DNA of 64,000 nt from Burkholderiales bacterium. Its GTDB lineage: Bacteria; Pseudomonadota; Gammaproteobacteria; Burkholderiales; SG8-41. Both the position numbers and the translations under genes were made by a program. Positions 61,347 through 64,000 of this stretch are shown in pieces. The notes under the pieces are model-generated. The model was not told the DNA's origin, did no database searches, and was given only the letters and a program-made list of their open reading frames with translations. The stretch spans positions 56,929-120,928 of the forward strand of contig JAIETP010000015.1 in NCBI GenBank assembly GCA_019744975.1, given 5' to 3'. The number at the start of each line of letters is the position of its first letter. Within the stretch, counting starts at the first letter, position 1.

Positions 61347-62587
61347 AACCGACCATGTCACCGCAGGCCCAGGCCGCACAGACCATCTCCCGCAACATGA
61401 AGCTGATTTCCCACAATGAGCTCGCCGGTTTCGGCGGCGTGGGCGAGGGTATCAACATGCAGGTGACCAAGAATGGTCGCCGCATCCTGTGGCTGGCGCA
61501 CGAGTCCGCGCCGAAGAACTTTACCGGTGTTGACGTCACCGATGTCAAAAACCCGAAAGTGATCGTGCAGACCGATCTGCCGCATGAGCGGGTGCGTTCA
61601 AACTCCCTGGATGTGGTCGGTGACATCATGGCCGTGGCCTACCAGACCAAAAAAACCGGCGACAAACCGGCCGGCATGGACCTGTTCGACATCAGCACCC
61701 CGGAAAAGCCGAAACTGATTTCGCATTTCGATGCTTCAGGCCCGCACTCGCGCGGCGCGCACTGTGTGTGGTTTGCCGACGGTGAATACGTGCATCTGAC
61801 TTCCGGGTCGGAGGATTTCGAGCCGACGCACCCCAACGACTTCCAGTTTTACCGCATCATCGACGTGCGCAATCCGTCGAAGCCGGTGGAAGTGGGCCGC
61901 TGGCACTATCCCGGCACACACAAGGGGGACAAGGAAGCGCCGCCACCGCGCCATCCCAAATTCGACGGCGGCTACCGTCCGCACAACATCAACGTCTACC
62001 CGGAGCATCCGGACCGCGCCTATGTCGCCTACCTCGACGGCGGCGCACTGATCCTCGACATTTCGGACAAATCCAAACCCAGGGTCATCACCAACTGGAA
62101 ATACTCGCCGCCGTACAACGGCTTCTGCCACACGGTGATGCCGCTGATCGGGCGCGACCTGCTGATTGTCACCGACGAATGCACCAAGGATGACGGCATC
62201 GACTGGCCGAAACTCGGCTGGGTCGTCAATGCCGCGACGGAAACCAACCTGGTGCCGATGTCCACATTGCCGCTGCCGCCGGTGGAGAATTTTGCAAAAC
62301 GCGGTGGTCGATATGGCGCGCACAACCTGCATGAGAACCTGCCAGGCCCGGCTTCCTTCCGCTCCAACACCATCGTTTTCGGCACTTTTTTCAACGGCGG
62401 TGTGCGTGCATTCGACACTTCGAACCCGTACCAGCCGCAGGAGATCGCCTATTACGTCCCGGGCAAACCGGCGATGTCGCCAAAAAGCGCCGTGCAGATC
62501 AACGACGTCTGGGTCGATGAAAACGGACTGGTCTATGCCGTGGATCGTTTCGGCGGCGGTCTCTATGCCATCGAAATGACGGCCTGA
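61343..62587 (+). CDS. LVIVD-repeat-like beta-propeller protein of unknown function
   Basis: Recurring D(V/I)(S/T)xPxxP(x)(V/I) blade motif (VDVTDVKNPKVI, LFDISTPEKPKLI, IIDVRNPSKPVEV, ILDISDKSKPRVI, AFDTSNPYQPQEI). ATGA overlap with the upstream gene. Confidence 0.6.
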   Translation: MKPTMSPQAQAAQTISRNMKLISHNELAGFGGVGEGINMQVTKNGRRILWLAHESAPKNFTGVDVTDVKNPKVIVQTDLPHERVRSNSLDVVGDIMAVAYQTKKTGDKPAGMDLFDISTPEKPKLISHFDASGPHSRGAHCVWFADGEYVHLTSGSEDFEPTHPNDFQFYRIIDVRNPSKPVEVGRWHYPGTHKGDKEAPPPRHPKFDGGYRPHNINVYPEHPDRAYVAYLDGGALILDISDKSKPRVITNWKYSPPYNGFCHTVMPLIGRDLLIVTDECTKDDGIDWPKLGWVVNAATETNLVPMSTLPLPPVENFAKRGGRYGAHNLHENLPGPASFRSNTIVFGTFFNGGVRAFDTSNPYQPQEIAYYVPGKPAMSPKSAVQINDVWVDENGLVYAVDRFGGGLYAIEMTA

Positions 62588-62630
62588 TTTTGACGATACT
62601 TTGAAGATATAAACGGGGAGCCCATCAGCA

Positions 62631-63647
<1,017 letters not shown>

Positions 63648-63672
63648 GCACGGTTACCGGAAACAGCAAGGC

Positions 63673-64000
63673 ATGGGCATCATCCTCGATCGCATCCATG
63701 CACTGGGCCTTGAACTGCCGCCGGTGCATCCCCATGCCAACCCGAACCGCAGGGCCTGTGTGCAATCGGGAAATGTGCTCTTCCTGTCCGGACACAGCTC
63801 GGGCAGGCATGACATGCCTTTGGGTGTTATCACCGCCGGCAAAGTAGGCACCGAAGTGTCCGAGGCGGAAGCCTATAAAACAGCCCGATCGGTTGCGTTG
63901 GTCATCATGGCAACGCTGCAGGCTTATACCGGCAACCTTGACCGCGTCACCCGCATCATCCGGCTGTTCGGCATGATCAATTCAGCGCCGGGCTTTGAAC
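63673..64000 (+). CDS. RidA/YjgF-family reactive-intermediate deaminase; the 3' end lies outside the window
   Basis: The frame is open to the window edge. Product: MGIILDRIHALGLELPP..GNVLFLSGH.. Confidence 0.7.
   Translation, partial: MGIILDRIHALGLELPPVHPHANPNRRACVQSGNVLFLSGHSSGRHDMPLGVITAGKVGTEVSEAEAYKTARSVALVIMATLQAYTGNLDRVTRIIRLFGMINSAPGFE

Overview
This is a GC-rich chromosomal segment. Gene content and order suggest a betaproteobacterium, probably Burkholderiales, because it carries four orphan Bug/TctC solute-binding proteins; this taxonomic call is inference only. From 1 to about 48 kb the content is mostly housekeeping: the 3' end of a sorAB-like sulfite dehydrogenase, clpB with a sigma32 promoter, a loose sulfur/sulfonate neighbourhood (TauD, rhodanese, TauE), rhlE, trpH-yciO, trpS, lexA, the rimP-nusA-infB-rbfA-truB-rpsO-pnp block, dksA, tRNA-Arg(UCU) and tRNA-His(GUG), smpB-ratA-rnfH, guaBA, tadA, ygfZ, GTP-dependent pck and umuDC. 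From about 48 to 64 kb there is a roughly 16 kb LysR-associated divergon of oxidoreductases with no assignable substrate. It holds four Gfo/Idh/MocA enzymes, a two-component flavin monooxygenase, an LLM monooxygenase, an ACMSD-type amidohydrolase, a bicupin, a HIBADH-like enzyme, an LVIVD propeller, a COG0523 GTPase and RidA. No CRISPR array, IS element, integrase or recognisable defence system was seen. Five things stand out. (1) An AhpD/CMD-family gene has an in-frame UGA at the second Cys of its CxxC motif, followed by a GGUC-loop hairpin like the fdhF SECIS, so it is a candidate selenoprotein. (2) A dispersed family of about 28-33 bp, very AT-rich repeats has at least 8 strong copies, including copies inside coding sequence and copies at a fixed distance from start codons that lack a Shine-Dalgarno (SD) sequence. 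(3) Identical 16-bp SOS operators with an embedded TATAAT sit directly against the lexA and umuD start codons, which suggests leaderless transcripts. (4) The rimP-nusA leader carries a promoter followed by an intrinsic terminator. (5) There are several local tandem and inverted repeats. All function calls rest on reading the translated ORFs and motifs by eye; no database search was run.
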